This document shows, in pieces, positions 1 through 9,874 of a stretch of DNA of 64,000 bases. Numbering within the stretch: position 1 is the stretch's first letter; every line of letters starts with the position of its first letter. A program made the position numbers and the translations under genes. The notes under the pieces are model-generated. The model was not told the origin of the DNA. It did not search any database and was given only the letters and a program-made list of their open reading frames with translations. Source of the stretch: an uncultured Armatimonadetes bacterium. GTDB lineage: Bacteria; Armatimonadota; UBA5829; DTJY01. The DNA lies in contig OY970325.1 in the NCBI GenBank assembly GCA_963717145.1, forward strand, positions 3,808,001-3,872,000, written 5' to 3'.

Positions 1-18
1 ACTTACTTCTTCTTCCAA
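1..18 (-). CDS. Probable 5' end of the next atp gene (likely F0 subunit a), truncated by the window edge
   Basis: TTG at 18 with GGGAG upstream, reads MEEEVS; identity inferred only from gene order after atpI. Confidence 0.3.
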
Positions 19-31
19 CTTCCCAATCTCC

Positions 32-424
32 CTAAGTCTTGCTCGCGTTCAGCCGCTCGACGAGCCCGATCCCCATCATTTTGGCTATAATTGCGAAATG
101 CACGAGCGCCATTCCCCCGCAGAACGCCAGGAGATTCACCTTGTCCCAGCGCACCAGCCAGTAGAGCCCCCCGCAGATCAGCGGATACTTCAACAGGCTG
201 AACTTCAAGAGCGCTCGCCCCGCCGATCTAGCATCCGGCACGAACGCCCGATGGACTATCCAGTCGAAACCTGCCAGGACCGCCGTACTGAGAGCCATGC
301 CGAGCGTGATGCTCAGGGCAATCCACGGCCTTCCGAGTCCCAGCGCCCATATCATCGCCGTCGCCCACGTAATCGCGACGGATCTATATACCTTATGTAT
401 GCTGTCCAGGCTTCCGATCATCAT
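32..424 (-). CDS. atpI: ATP synthase accessory subunit I
   Basis: 130 aa, about 4 TM helices, 'LLKYPL...LYWLV' pattern; downstream of an AtpZ-like gene. Confidence 0.75.
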   Translation of the reverse strand: MMIGSLDSIHKVYRSVAITWATAMIWALGLGRPWIALSITLGMALSTAVLAGFDWIVHRAFVPDARSAGRALLKFSLLKYPLICGGLYWLVRWDKVNLLAFCGGMALVHFAIIAKMMGIGLVERLNASKT

Positions 425-638
425 CGTTTGAGAGCGAGAGCGCTGTTCGGATCATCTCCACGAAGCCGGCGACGATGCCGAGCAGCAGGCAGACGAACAC
501 AATCCAGTCGCCGGCGTGGAATATGCGCTGGAGCAGGAGTCCGAGCCCATATCCGATAACGGTCGAGACGACCAGCATGAGGCCGATCGAACTCGCGATA
601 CCCGCCTTCGTCCACCGGTTGCCGTTGTTTTGCAGCAT
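393..638 (-). CDS. atpZ: AtpZ/AtpI-family small membrane protein (first gene of the atp operon)
   Basis: 'IGLMLVVSTVIGYGLGLLL...LLLGIVAGF' two-TM signature; ATG at 638 with GGTGAGG RBS. Confidence 0.8.
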   Translation of the reverse strand: MLQNNGNRWTKAGIASSIGLMLVVSTVIGYGLGLLLQRIFHAGDWIVFVCLLLGIVAGFVEMIRTALSLSNDDDRKPGQHT

Positions 639-876
639 GAAGGCCTCACCGCACCATGTCCCCTGACAGTCGGCGCTCCGTTCAAAACAACAGCGCCCAT
701 GCCCATGAGCGCCCTCGTCATTCACGGTGCGACCGGCCGGAATGTCAGCGATTCACAACTTATTTCCGGCAGGATGCGCGTTCTGGCCTATGTTATACCC
801 TCATTCATGGAAATCCTTTTTTTGGAGCGCGAGTCCTATTTGTTACATTTTTCACCAAATCAGACTCGGACGCGGA

Positions 877-906
877 ACTATATCATACCGACGCGTATTC
901 CGTCAA
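877..906 (-). promoter_or_regulatory. Putative sigma70 promoter of the atp operon
   Basis: TTGACG-N18-TATAGT with TGn extension on the minus strand. Confidence 0.5.
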
Positions 907-1019
907 CCTGCGGCTAGAACCGGTACTCTGCACAGCTTTCGTCGGGGCAGGCCGTCCCGATAATATGAATAGAGGCGACTCGAAGGCGGTGATCCCCTGC
1001 CCTTCCGCCTCGGAAACCA

Positions 1020-1048
1020 TTGACAAACGGCGGGTGAACTGGTACATT
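1020..1048 (+). promoter_or_regulatory. Putative sigma70 promoter upstream of flgM
   Basis: TTGACA-N17-TACATT. Confidence 0.55.
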
Positions 1049-1091
1049 AGAGTCGCCGAGAAAATTCCTGAAAGTTTTTTTCGTCCGACCC

Positions 1092-1118
1092 TAAAGATCG
1101 GTGGAACCGCGCCGATAA
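1092..1118 (+). promoter_or_regulatory. sigma28 (FliA) promoter of flgM
   Basis: Exact TAAA-N15-GCCGATAA consensus upstream of an FlgM-like gene. Confidence 0.85.
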
Positions 1119-1143
1119 TAGTGAAAACAGCATCATCAGCACG

Positions 1144-1246
1144 AAAAAGGCAAACTCTTCGAAAGAAGGGGACGCAAAGCCGAGGGTCTAAGCCCTTCTC
1201 CCACGCGACTCTGTCGCCTGAGAGGGTATGACAGCCTGGCTGCCGT
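1144..1246 (+). ncRNA. c-di-GMP-I (GEMM-I) riboswitch
   Basis: GGCAAAC..GAAA..GGGACGCAAAGCC..GGGTCTAAG....GTATGACAGCC.GGCTGCCG conserved blocks; U-tract near 1270. Confidence 0.9.
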
Positions 1247-1310
1247 CTTCAAGCTTGGGAGAGCATGTCTTTTTTTGCTTCCGCCCTCCCGAGCAGAGAG
1301 GGGCGGTACA

Positions 1311-1613
1311 ATGCAGATATCAGCAACCGAAGTAGAGAAACTGCTTGCGAAGCAGATCCGGACCCGCAGGCTCGGCGAGACCGAGATGGAGTTCAAGGAG
1401 ATCGCGCTCGAAGCACTCCCCGAGAGCAAAGTCTCTGAGCCGTCAGCATCCGAAGTCGCCCGCGTCGCCGAGATAGTCAAAGCCGCGCCCGATGTCCGCG
1501 AGGATGTCGTCATGAGGCTCAAGGAGCGCGTTGAGAGCGGCGAATACAAGGTCAGCGGCGAAGAGATCGCGGACATGATGGTTCGCAGGATGAAAGCCGA
1601 CCAGATCAAGTAG
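1311..1613 (+). CDS. flgM: Anti-sigma28 factor FlgM
   Basis: C-terminal 'PDVREDVVMRLKERVESGEYKVSGEEIADMM' FlgM motif; sigma28 promoter; GAGAGG RBS. Confidence 0.85.
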   Translation: MQISATEVEKLLAKQIRTRRLGETEMEFKEIALEALPESKVSEPSASEVARVAEIVKAAPDVREDVVMRLKERVESGEYKVSGEEIADMMVRRMKADQIK

Positions 1614-1737
1614 TATGGCCAACCCGTCATTCCACTTTGCGAGGCCGTTCCGTTCATCGGGACGGCCTCACTGCTAGGTCTCATTTGTCAGTTCTACTCA
1701 GTCCCCCACCCTCCCGCTCGCCTTCTCCCGTTGACAC

Positions 1738-1827
1738 GTAGTGGCCGCGCCTCCGTGCCGGCCATGCTTTGTCGGACGGGTTGCAAATGTCGGACCGAGA
1801 TGGCCGGCACGGAGGCGCGGCCACTAC
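1738..1827. repeat. GTAG-type REP-like palindrome, family A copy 1
   Basis: GTAGTGGCCGYGCCTCNGTGCCGGCC...inverted copy. Confidence 0.85.
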
Positions 1828-1914
1828 ATGCAGGGAGGAGATGCCTTACCGCATGACGAATCTGCTACAGAGACTGCGCTTGTGTCAATGGCATCATAGA
1901 CACCCGAGGGAAAT

Positions 1915-2778
1915 ATGGACATGGAAGTTGCACGAGATGACTATGACGTGGAGACGCCGCAACCGGTGGAGATCCTCTCCGTCATCGACATCGACCTTGA
2001 CAGGATCCGCCTCAATCCGAACCAGCCGCGGAAGTTCTTCGACGACGAGAAGCTCGACGAGCTTGCGGAGTCGATCCGGCGGAATGGGATCATCCAGCCC
2101 GTCGTCGTGCGGCCGGTCGATGGCGACTCCTTCGAGCTGGTCGCCGGCGAGCGCAGGTTTCGTGCGGCGGTCCAGGCGGGACTCAGGACTATCCCGGCGC
2201 TCCCTCGTGTCCTGAACGACCTGGAGACGCTCGAGATCGGCCTGATAGAGAACATCCAGCGCGAGGATATCAAGCCTCTTGAGTGCGCTGACGCATACCG
2301 CAGACTGATCGACCGATTCGGGCTCACGCAAGAGCAGGTCGCGGACCGAGTCGGCAAGAGCCGTTCTGCGGTGGCGAATACCCTCCGGCTGCTGAACCTC
2401 CCCCTGCCGATCATCGAGAGCCTCGACCGCGACGAGATCACCGAGGGACACGCTCGGGCGCTCCTCTCGATCGCGGATCCCGAGTGGCAGATCGAGGCAT
2501 GGCGCACGATCGTGAGGCAGGGGCTGAATGTCCGTGAGGCCGAGCGTCTTTCCAGAGTGTCAGGCGCTTCAAAGACGTCCAAGACAGCGGATGTTTCACG
2601 TGCAACACGTCATAGACGTCCCGACCCCAACCTCGCGGACGTCGAGGACAAGCTGCGGCGGTACCTGGGGACAAAGGTTGTCATATCCCGCCAGGGTGAG
2701 AAGGGAAGCATCGACATACAGTTTTACAACGACGAAGACCTGATGCGCATCATCGATCTGCTCGCATCAGGTGTTTGA
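1915..2778 (+). CDS. parB: ParB/Spo0J chromosome partitioning protein
   Basis: 'PNQPRK', 'LVAGERRFRA', 'ENIQREDI', HTH 'TQEQVADRVGKSRSAVANTLRLL'. Confidence 0.95.
   Translation: MDMEVARDDYDVETPQPVEILSVIDIDLDRIRLNPNQPRKFFDDEKLDELAESIRRNGIIQPVVVRPVDGDSFELVAGERRFRAAVQAGLRTIPALPRVLNDLETLEIGLIENIQREDIKPLECADAYRRLIDRFGLTQEQVADRVGKSRSAVANTLRLLNLPLPIIESLDRDEITEGHARALLSIADPEWQIEAWRTIVRQGLNVREAERLSRVSGASKTSKTADVSRATRHRRPDPNLADVEDKLRRYLGTKVVISRQGEKGSIDIQFYNDEDLMRIIDLLASGV
2592..2607. promoter_or_regulatory. parS site inside parB
   Basis: TGTTTCACGTGCAACA, 1 mismatch to TGTTTCACGTGAAACA. Confidence 0.75.
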
Positions 2779-2793
2779 CTTGTACTCGTAGCG

Positions 2794-2978
2794 ATGTCAT
2801 TCTGAGCAAGTCACTGCGTCGCAGGCGCAGTTATTTCGGACGAAAAGCACACCGCGAGTCCTGAGTGCGCCTCTGGGCGTGTATCGAAGGACGGCCTTGT
2901 GCCATGAGCCGTCCTTCGATACACGCCCAGAGGCGCACTCAGGACTGACGGCAGGGGACTCTTAGCTCAGAATGACAT
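2794..2978. repeat. Nested palindromic repeat, family B copy 1
   Basis: Outer ATGTCATTCTGAGC/GCTCAGAATGACAT; inner 39 bp perfect IR at 2857-2946. Confidence 0.85.
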
Positions 2979-3009
2979 CTGCCGTGAGCCGTTTCATCAC
3001 TATGACAAG

Positions 3010-3552
3010 GTGGACAGAGCCATGAATGACGTTGTCTATGATTTGCCGATCAAGGAAGTGGCGGAGATACTCGATAAGAGCGACCGCCAGGTGCGCCGGT
3101 ATGTCAAGGAGAGGAAGTTGAAGGCCCGGGCCGTCAGAGTCGATGGACATCCTCGATTGATGTTCAACACTGATGAGGTGCAGGCATTCAGGGAGCGCTT
3201 CAGCGACGAGGGGATCCTGACGGCGGAGTTCGAATCTGAGGGCCAGATCATCGTCGAGGGCTCGGACGACGGCCAGGAGATGGACGGTGACAGCGTCACG
3301 GATACACCGGACATCGGCGGCGGCGACGGTGCGGTCAAGTATGTCATAGACGCCCTCAGAGCAGAACTCAAGGATGCTCGGGACGAGAACCGCGATCTTC
3401 ACTACCAGCTCGAGCAGCGGTCCGGCCAGGTCGGATTCCTGCAGGGCAGGGTGGAGTCGCTCCAGGATGAGCTGAAGATGCTCATGCCCGCGCAGAAGCC
3501 CGAGGACGACGCAAAGCGGCCCTGGTACCGCCGGGTATTCCGCCGCGGATAG
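3010..3552 (+). CDS. HTH + coiled-coil protein with basic amphipathic C-terminus (RacA/pSK1-Par-like architecture)
   Basis: N-terminal 'IKEVAEILDKSDRQVRRYVKERKL' HTH, acidic linker, coiled coil, C-terminal 'KRPWYRRVFRRG'; alternative start at 3022. Confidence 0.8.
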   Translation: MDRAMNDVVYDLPIKEVAEILDKSDRQVRRYVKERKLKARAVRVDGHPRLMFNTDEVQAFRERFSDEGILTAEFESEGQIIVEGSDDGQEMDGDSVTDTPDIGGGDGAVKYVIDALRAELKDARDENRDLHYQLEQRSGQVGFLQGRVESLQDELKMLMPAQKPEDDAKRPWYRRVFRRG

Positions 3553-3593
3553 GTCCGTCCGACACCATGCTCGTCATAATGTGAGGCCACCGG

Positions 3594-3749
3594 ATGTCAC
3601 TCTGAGCCTGTTACTGTGCTCGCGCAGTTGTTTCCGACAGAAAGGAACCGTGAGTCCTGAGTGCGCCTCTGGGCGTGTATCGAAGGACGGCCTCGGTGCA
3701 GCTAGCCGTCCTTCGATACACGCCCAGAGGCGCACTCAGGACTCACGGT
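3594..3749. repeat. Palindromic repeat, family B copy 2
   Basis: Same inner arm (AGTCCTGAGTGCGCCTCTGGGCGTGTATCGAAGGACGGC) as 2857-2946. Confidence 0.85.
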
Positions 3750-3799
3750 AGGGGCTTTGGGGCATACAAGACCGTGAAATGATATCGTGGAGGTTTCTC

Positions 3800-6700
3800 T
3801 TGCGCAGATTACCGAGCCTTCCTTATAGTGGTTCTCCTCGGCGCGTCCATCGGCGCGCTGAATGCACAAGCGGCCGGCGCCGATCTGCTGGCGAGGCTCA
3901 GACAGATCGGCGGCGCGTCATCCCTCGGCGAATGGAAGTACATCCCGGCCGATATCCCCGGCGCGGAGCAGGTTTCCCTCGATGATTCCTCGTGGAAGTC
4001 CGGCAGTCCCGAATTCGAGTGGGGTGGGGAGCGAATCGCCTGGCTGCGCAAAACGATTGACATCCCTGACACGGTCAGCGGTGTCAAGGTCGCCGGGTCG
4101 AGGGTCACCTTCTGTGCGGGGATCGACGACGACGGCGAGTGCTACGTCGACGGCAAGCTCAGGCAGCAGTTCCACTGGGATCAGTGCCGAGTCGTCCTCA
4201 CCGAGAGCGCCAAGCCAGGCGACAAGTTCTCGGTCGTGCTCAAGGGGATCAACGTCGGAGGTCCAGGACGCCTGCTCTTCGCCCGCCTGGAGTTCAATGC
4301 GGTCGAGGAGATGCGCTTGAACGCCTCGGCCTTTGCCCAGGATGTCGAGATGTCAAGGCGACTGATCGACCTCGAGCAAGATGCCCTCAAGAAGGATACC
4401 TACCGCAAATGTGTCGATGAGGCGCTGTCGCTGGTTGACATGGACGTCCTGGACAAAGGTGACGGCAAGGCGTTCCTCGATTCGCTAGTCAATGCCCGGA
4501 ACGCGCTCGATCCGCTCGGAAACGCGATGAAGGCATACACCGTCGATCTCATCGGACATGCGCACATCGACATGAACTGGCTATGGCTCTGGCCCGAGAC
4601 CGTAGACGTCTGCAAGAACACGTTCTCCACCGCGCTGACCCTTATGGGCGAATACCCCGGTTTCAAGCTCTCTCAGAGCCAGGCGTCAGTCTACATCGCG
4701 ATGGAGGAGGAGTACCCTGATCTCTTCGCTGAGATGCAGAGAGCCGTGAAGCGTGGCCAATGGGAGATCACCGGCGGGACATGGACCGAGGGTGACATGA
4801 ACATGGCGTCCGGCGAGTCGATCGTCCGCCAGATCCTCTACGCGCGTCAGTATTTCCTGCGGAAGTTCGGCGTCTGGACGGAAACCTGCTGGGAGCCTGA
4901 CACATTCGGACATGCGTGGACAATACCCCAAATACTTGCCAAGAGCGGACTCAAGTACTACTACTTCTGCCGGTGCGCGAAGGACCAGCGAGTCTTCTGG
5001 TGGGAAGGCCCCGACGGATCGAGGGTGCTCGCCTACAATCGCGGTTGGTACAGCGAGAAGGTCACCGATTCCGTGATGGACGCCGCGTTCGACATCGACA
5101 AGCAGTATGGTGTCAAGGAGGGGATCATCGTCTATGGAGTGGGCGACCACGGGGGCGGGCCGACTCGGAGCGACCTTGACAAGGCGGTCGAGTTGCAGAA
5201 GAGGGCGGTCTACCCGAGCGTCGAGTTCAGCACGACCAAAGACGCCTGGCGTTCCCTGGCGGCGCAGAAGAAAGACTGGCCGGTCATCCGCGACGAGTTG
5301 AACACTGTCTTCGAGGGCTGCTACACGACGCACTCGGACATCAAGAGGATGAACCGTGTGATGGAAAACCTGCTTCCGACCGCTGAGGCGTTCTCGGCGC
5401 TGGCGATCCCATACGGCTACAAGTATCCGACCGAAGGCTTCACGACCGCCTGGCGAAACACCTGCTTCAATCAGTTCCACGACATCTTCGACGGCTCGGC
5501 GATCCATGGGTCGTACGAATATTCGAAGGGGCTCTTCGACAAGGCGTACGACATCGGCGACTCAGCGCTCACGAATGCGATGCTCAGGCTTGCGAAGAAC
5601 ATCGACACGAGCGGCAGGGGCATCCCGGTCCTCGTGTTCAACCCGCTCTCCTGGAAGCGCTCGGAGGTCGTCCGCACGCTCGTGCCGGCGGACCTTCGGG
5701 ACAAGGAGATCGAGGTTGCGGATTCTCGTGGACGCGCTGTTCCCGCAAAGGTCGATGGTGACCAGATCGTGTTCCTGGCGAAAGGTGTCCCGTCGCTCGG
5801 ATACCAGGTTTTCCACCTCAGGGAAGGGCAGGGGACTGACGCGCAGACGGTTTTCGCCACCTCGAACTCGCTGGAGAACCAGTTCTTCCGAGTGCGGATC
5901 GACCCCGCGTCCGGAACGCTGGTGGACATCTATGACAAGGTCGCCCAGCGCCAGGTACTCATCCCCGGTCAGAAGGGCGATCTGCTCCAGCTCCTCTTCG
6001 AAGACCCGCACGGCATGTCGGCGTGGAACATTGGCCAGATCACCAAGACGGTGAACCTCGACTCCGGCGCGTCCGTGGAGGTCGTCTCACCGGGCGGTCC
6101 GGCGGCGACGATTCGCATTCGACACGCCTACAACAAGTCAGTCTTTGTCCAGGATGTCACACTCTATGACGGAGTCCCCCGGATCGATTTCAAGCTCGCC
6201 GCCGACTGGTACGAGCAGGGAACCGCCAATGAGAGCGGCCCCATGCTCAAGGTCGCATTCCCGATAAATGTCAAGGATGTCAATGATGTCGCGGCTGTCA
6301 AGGCGACCTTCGAGATTCCATTTGGAAGCATCGAGCGACCGGCGAAGGGCAACGACGTCCCCGCACAGAAATGGATCGACGTATCCGGGTCGGACTACGG
6401 TGTCAGCCTGCTGAACGACTGCAAGTATGGCCACGATGTCAGCGGCAGCACGATGCGCCTCACGCTCCTGCGCTCCTCGTACGATCCCGACCCAACGCCC
6501 GATCAGGGACATCATGAGATCACTTACTCGCTCTATCCGCATCAGGGCGACTGGAAGCAGGCCGACTCGGTCCGCAGGGGATATGAGTTGAACAATCCGC
6601 TGATCCCCATGACGACCGAAAGCCATCGAGGGAAGCTCCCACCTGGGCACTCGTTCCTTGACATCGAGCCGTCGAATGTCATAGTCACGGCGCTCAAGAA

Positions 6701-6914
6701 GGCCGAGGAGTCGGACGACCTGATCCTGCGGTTCTACGAGTGCGAGGGCAGGGGAGGCAGGGCGTCGATCGACTTCGGATTCGACGCGGAGTCGGTTCGG
6801 GAGACGGACCTGATGGAGCAGCCGGTGAAGGGGCTCGATATCGCGGTCCGGAACGGGCGAGTGAGCATCCCGTTCGGCAAGTGGGAGATCAAGACACTGC
6901 GGATCTCGAAGTAG
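3800..6914 (+). CDS. Alpha-mannosidase (GH38) with N-terminal sugar-binding domain; apparent +1 frameshift at ~3815 in the signal peptide
   Basis: 'GHAHIDMNWLW', 'WEPDTFGH', 'GVGDHGGGP', 'NQFHDI'; GGAGG+TTG at 3800 gives MRRLPAFLIVVLL.. if A3815 is removed; open frame from 3828. Confidence 0.9.
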
Positions 6915-6919
6915 ATCAT

Positions 6920-6987
6920 GTAGTGGCCGTGCCTCTGTGCCGGCCATACTACTACGTCGCAGGCCGGCACAGAGGCACGGCCACTAC
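6920..6987. repeat. REP-like palindrome, family A copy 2
   Basis: GTAGTGGCCGTGCCTCTGTGCCGGCC + inverted copy. Confidence 0.85.
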
Positions 6988-7085
6988 ATGCGCCGAAAGG
7001 GTGGGGACGTCCGCACGCAGAGACCCCCTCGGCCCAGAGGCCTGTCCCCCTTTATCAAGGGGGACAGAAGTGTGAGGGTAATGAG

Positions 7086-8330
7086 ATGAGGCTGGATGAG
7101 AGCATAATCCGCCGGATGGTGAAGGATGCCGTCGCCGAGGCGAAGGTCACCGACCTGCACACGCATCTTTACGCGCCTGAGTTCGGGCCGCTGATGCTGT
7201 GGGGCATCGACGAGACGCTCACATATCATTACCTGATCGCGGAGGTATTCCGCCGGCTTGACATGCCGTATGACGCGTTCTGGGCGCTCACGAAGCAGGC
7301 GCAGGCCGATCTCATCTGGCGCGTCCTGTTCTTGGAGCATTCACCGATCAGCGAGGCGTGCCGGGGCGTGCTCACCATGCTCCAGGGGCTCGGGCTCGAC
7401 GCATCTGAGCGGGACTTGAGTGTCCATCGGGAGTTCTTCCGACGCCAGGACCCTGTCAAGCATGTCAATCATGTCTTAGCCATCGCGGGGGTCGAGTCGG
7501 TCGTGATGACGAATGATCCGTTCGATGACACCGAGCGGCCCGTCTGGGCGGGCGGATTCAGTACCGATCCACATTTCCGCGCGGCGCTCCGGGTCGATGT
7601 CCTACTCAACCTCTGGGAGACCGCCTGCCCGAAGCTCATGGGGTGGGGGTATGACGTCCAAGCCGATCTCAGCGGCAACACGGTCACCGAAGTCCGCCGA
7701 TTCCTCGCCGAATGGATCGATCGGATGGACGCCCTCTACATGGCGGTCTCACTCCCACCGGATTTCGAGTACCCACAGGAGACCGTCCGAGGCCGCTTGA
7801 TCGATGAGTGCGTCATCCCGGTCGCGCGAGAGAAGGGCATTCCATTCGCGCTCATGATCGGCGTCCGGCGGCGGATCAACCCCAACCTCCGCATGGCGGG
7901 CGACGGAATGAGCCTTGCCGGCGTGGAGGCGGTCGAGCGGCTCTGCGATGCCAACCAGGACGTGAAATTCATGGTCACGATGCTTGCACGTGAGAACCAG
8001 CACGCATTGTGCGTCGCGGCGCGGAAGCTCCGGAACCTGCTGATCTTCGGATGCTGGTGGTTTCTGAACATCCCCAGCCTGATCGATGAGATTACGCGCA
8101 TGAGGATCGAGCTGCTCGGCCTGAGCTTCATCCCACAGCACTCGGACGCGCGGATCCTCGAGCAGTTGATCTACAAATGGGCACACTCTCGGCAGGTCAT
8201 CGGCGACGTGCTCGCGGAGAAGTACGTCGATCTGGCCGCGAAGGGGTGGGGCGTCACTGAGGACGAGATCCGACGCGACGTGGGCGATCTCTTCGGCGGA
8301 AACTTCTGGAGATTCATCGGGAGACGCTAA
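7086..8330 (+). CDS. uxaC: Uronate (glucuronate) isomerase, Bacillus halodurans BH0493-like type
   Basis: 'DLHTHLY' metal motif, 'MTNDPFD', 'GCWWF', 'QHSDARILEQLIYKW'. Confidence 0.85.
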   Translation: MRLDESIIRRMVKDAVAEAKVTDLHTHLYAPEFGPLMLWGIDETLTYHYLIAEVFRRLDMPYDAFWALTKQAQADLIWRVLFLEHSPISEACRGVLTMLQGLGLDASERDLSVHREFFRRQDPVKHVNHVLAIAGVESVVMTNDPFDDTERPVWAGGFSTDPHFRAALRVDVLLNLWETACPKLMGWGYDVQADLSGNTVTEVRRFLAEWIDRMDALYMAVSLPPDFEYPQETVRGRLIDECVIPVAREKGIPFALMIGVRRRINPNLRMAGDGMSLAGVEAVERLCDANQDVKFMVTMLARENQHALCVAARKLRNLLIFGCWWFLNIPSLIDEITRMRIELLGLSFIPQHSDARILEQLIYKWAHSRQVIGDVLAEKYVDLAAKGWGVTEDEIRRDVGDLFGGNFWRFIGRR

Positions 8331-8373
8331 CCGCCAAGCCGCCGGGATTCGGGAAGGGAAGAGGGAGACAACA

Positions 8374-9618
8374 ATGCTCAAGTTACTTATGATCGCGACG
8401 GTGCTATCGTGCATACTCGGCACGACGCTCGCCGGCGAGACTGTCAAGAAGACCGTGCCGACGAAGGTCACCATCGACAAGCACAACCGGCTGCTGCTCA
8501 ATGGGAAGCTCTGGTTTCCGCTCTGTATCTCGGCCGGCCCGCCGCCGCTCGGCGCTAAGTCGCCTGATGGACGAGATGCGCTGGCCGTGCTCGCCGAACA
8601 TGGCATCGACTCGTTCCGCGTGAGCGTCGAAGATGAAGGAAACCTCACAAAGGAGTTGCCCCCATATCTCGATTGGGCCGCCAAGCACGGGATGTACTGC
8701 TTCCCGAACCTCAATGACCTCACCGTTTTCGATCCCAAACAACCCAAGCGTCCCGAAGAGCTTCGCGCGATGATCGAGCGGTTCATGTACCATCCGGCGC
8801 TCGCGATATGGAAGTGCAAGGACGAGCCCGCGTGGGGTGGGGCGTCGATCCCGGGTCTCAAGCAGGCATACGATTTCATCAAGAAGATCGACCCCGATCA
8901 CCCCGTCTGGATGACTCACGCGCCAAGGAACACGCTCGAGCTGCTTCGGGAGTACTCTGTCGCGTGCGACATCATCGCGCTCGACATCTACCCGATCTCA
9001 GTGCCGCCGGGGAAGCACTCGCACCTGCCAAACAAGCAGCTCAGCGTCGTGGGCGATTATACACAGTGGATCCGTAAGGCGGTCTATGACAAGAAGCCTG
9101 TGTGGATGGTCCTGCAGGTCTGTTGGAGCGGGGTGATCCCGCCGAAAAACGTCCTGATGTACCCGACGCTCCACCAGGAGCGGTTCATGGTCTACCAGGC
9201 GATCATCAACGGCGCGCGCGGCCTGCTTTTCTTCGGCCCGACGGTGGCGCTGGAGGGTAAGAACGCCGAACTCGGGTACAACTGGACCTTCCAGGATGAG
9301 GTCCTCAATCCACTTCTGGATGAGATCGGCCCGAAGAGCGAGCTTCACGGGGCGCTCGTCGCACCTGACTCGAAGGTTCGGCTGAAGGCGTCCGGCGCGG
9401 ATGACATCGAGTTCCTGACGCGCGAGGCCGGCGATCATCTCTACCTCATGGCCTGCAAGCGCGAGGGTCCGAAGGCCGAGATCAAGTTCACCGGGAACCC
9501 GCTCGCCGGAGATATCGAGGTACTGTACGAGAACCGGACGCTCGAGGCGAAGGACGGCGTGTTAACGGACTCCTTCGGCCCGAACGACGTGCACGTATAC
9601 AAGGTACGACTGAGATAG
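8374..9618 (+). CDS. Secreted hypothetical protein, glycoside-hydrolase-like TIM barrel
   Basis: Signal peptide; 'HPALAIW..DEP', 'IKKIDPDHPV', 'DIYP', 'KPVWMVLQ', 'AIINGARG'. Confidence 0.7.
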   Translation: MLKLLMIATVLSCILGTTLAGETVKKTVPTKVTIDKHNRLLLNGKLWFPLCISAGPPPLGAKSPDGRDALAVLAEHGIDSFRVSVEDEGNLTKELPPYLDWAAKHGMYCFPNLNDLTVFDPKQPKRPEELRAMIERFMYHPALAIWKCKDEPAWGGASIPGLKQAYDFIKKIDPDHPVWMTHAPRNTLELLREYSVACDIIALDIYPISVPPGKHSHLPNKQLSVVGDYTQWIRKAVYDKKPVWMVLQVCWSGVIPPKNVLMYPTLHQERFMVYQAIINGARGLLFFGPTVALEGKNAELGYNWTFQDEVLNPLLDEIGPKSELHGALVAPDSKVRLKASGADDIEFLTREAGDHLYLMACKREGPKAEIKFTGNPLAGDIEVLYENRTLEAKDGVLTDSFGPNDVHVYKVRLR

Positions 9619-9619
9619 G

Positions 9620-9809
<190 letters not shown>

Positions 9810-9874
9810 CTTCCCTCTGAACATCGCCGGGTTTTCGGCGTCTTAAGCACTAATATGCGGAACAGGAGTAGGTA

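Noticed and set aside
640-1140. Replication origin between the atp operon and flgM/parB
   Set aside because: No cluster of DnaA boxes or AT-rich unwinding element was seen; the region is explained by divergent promoters.
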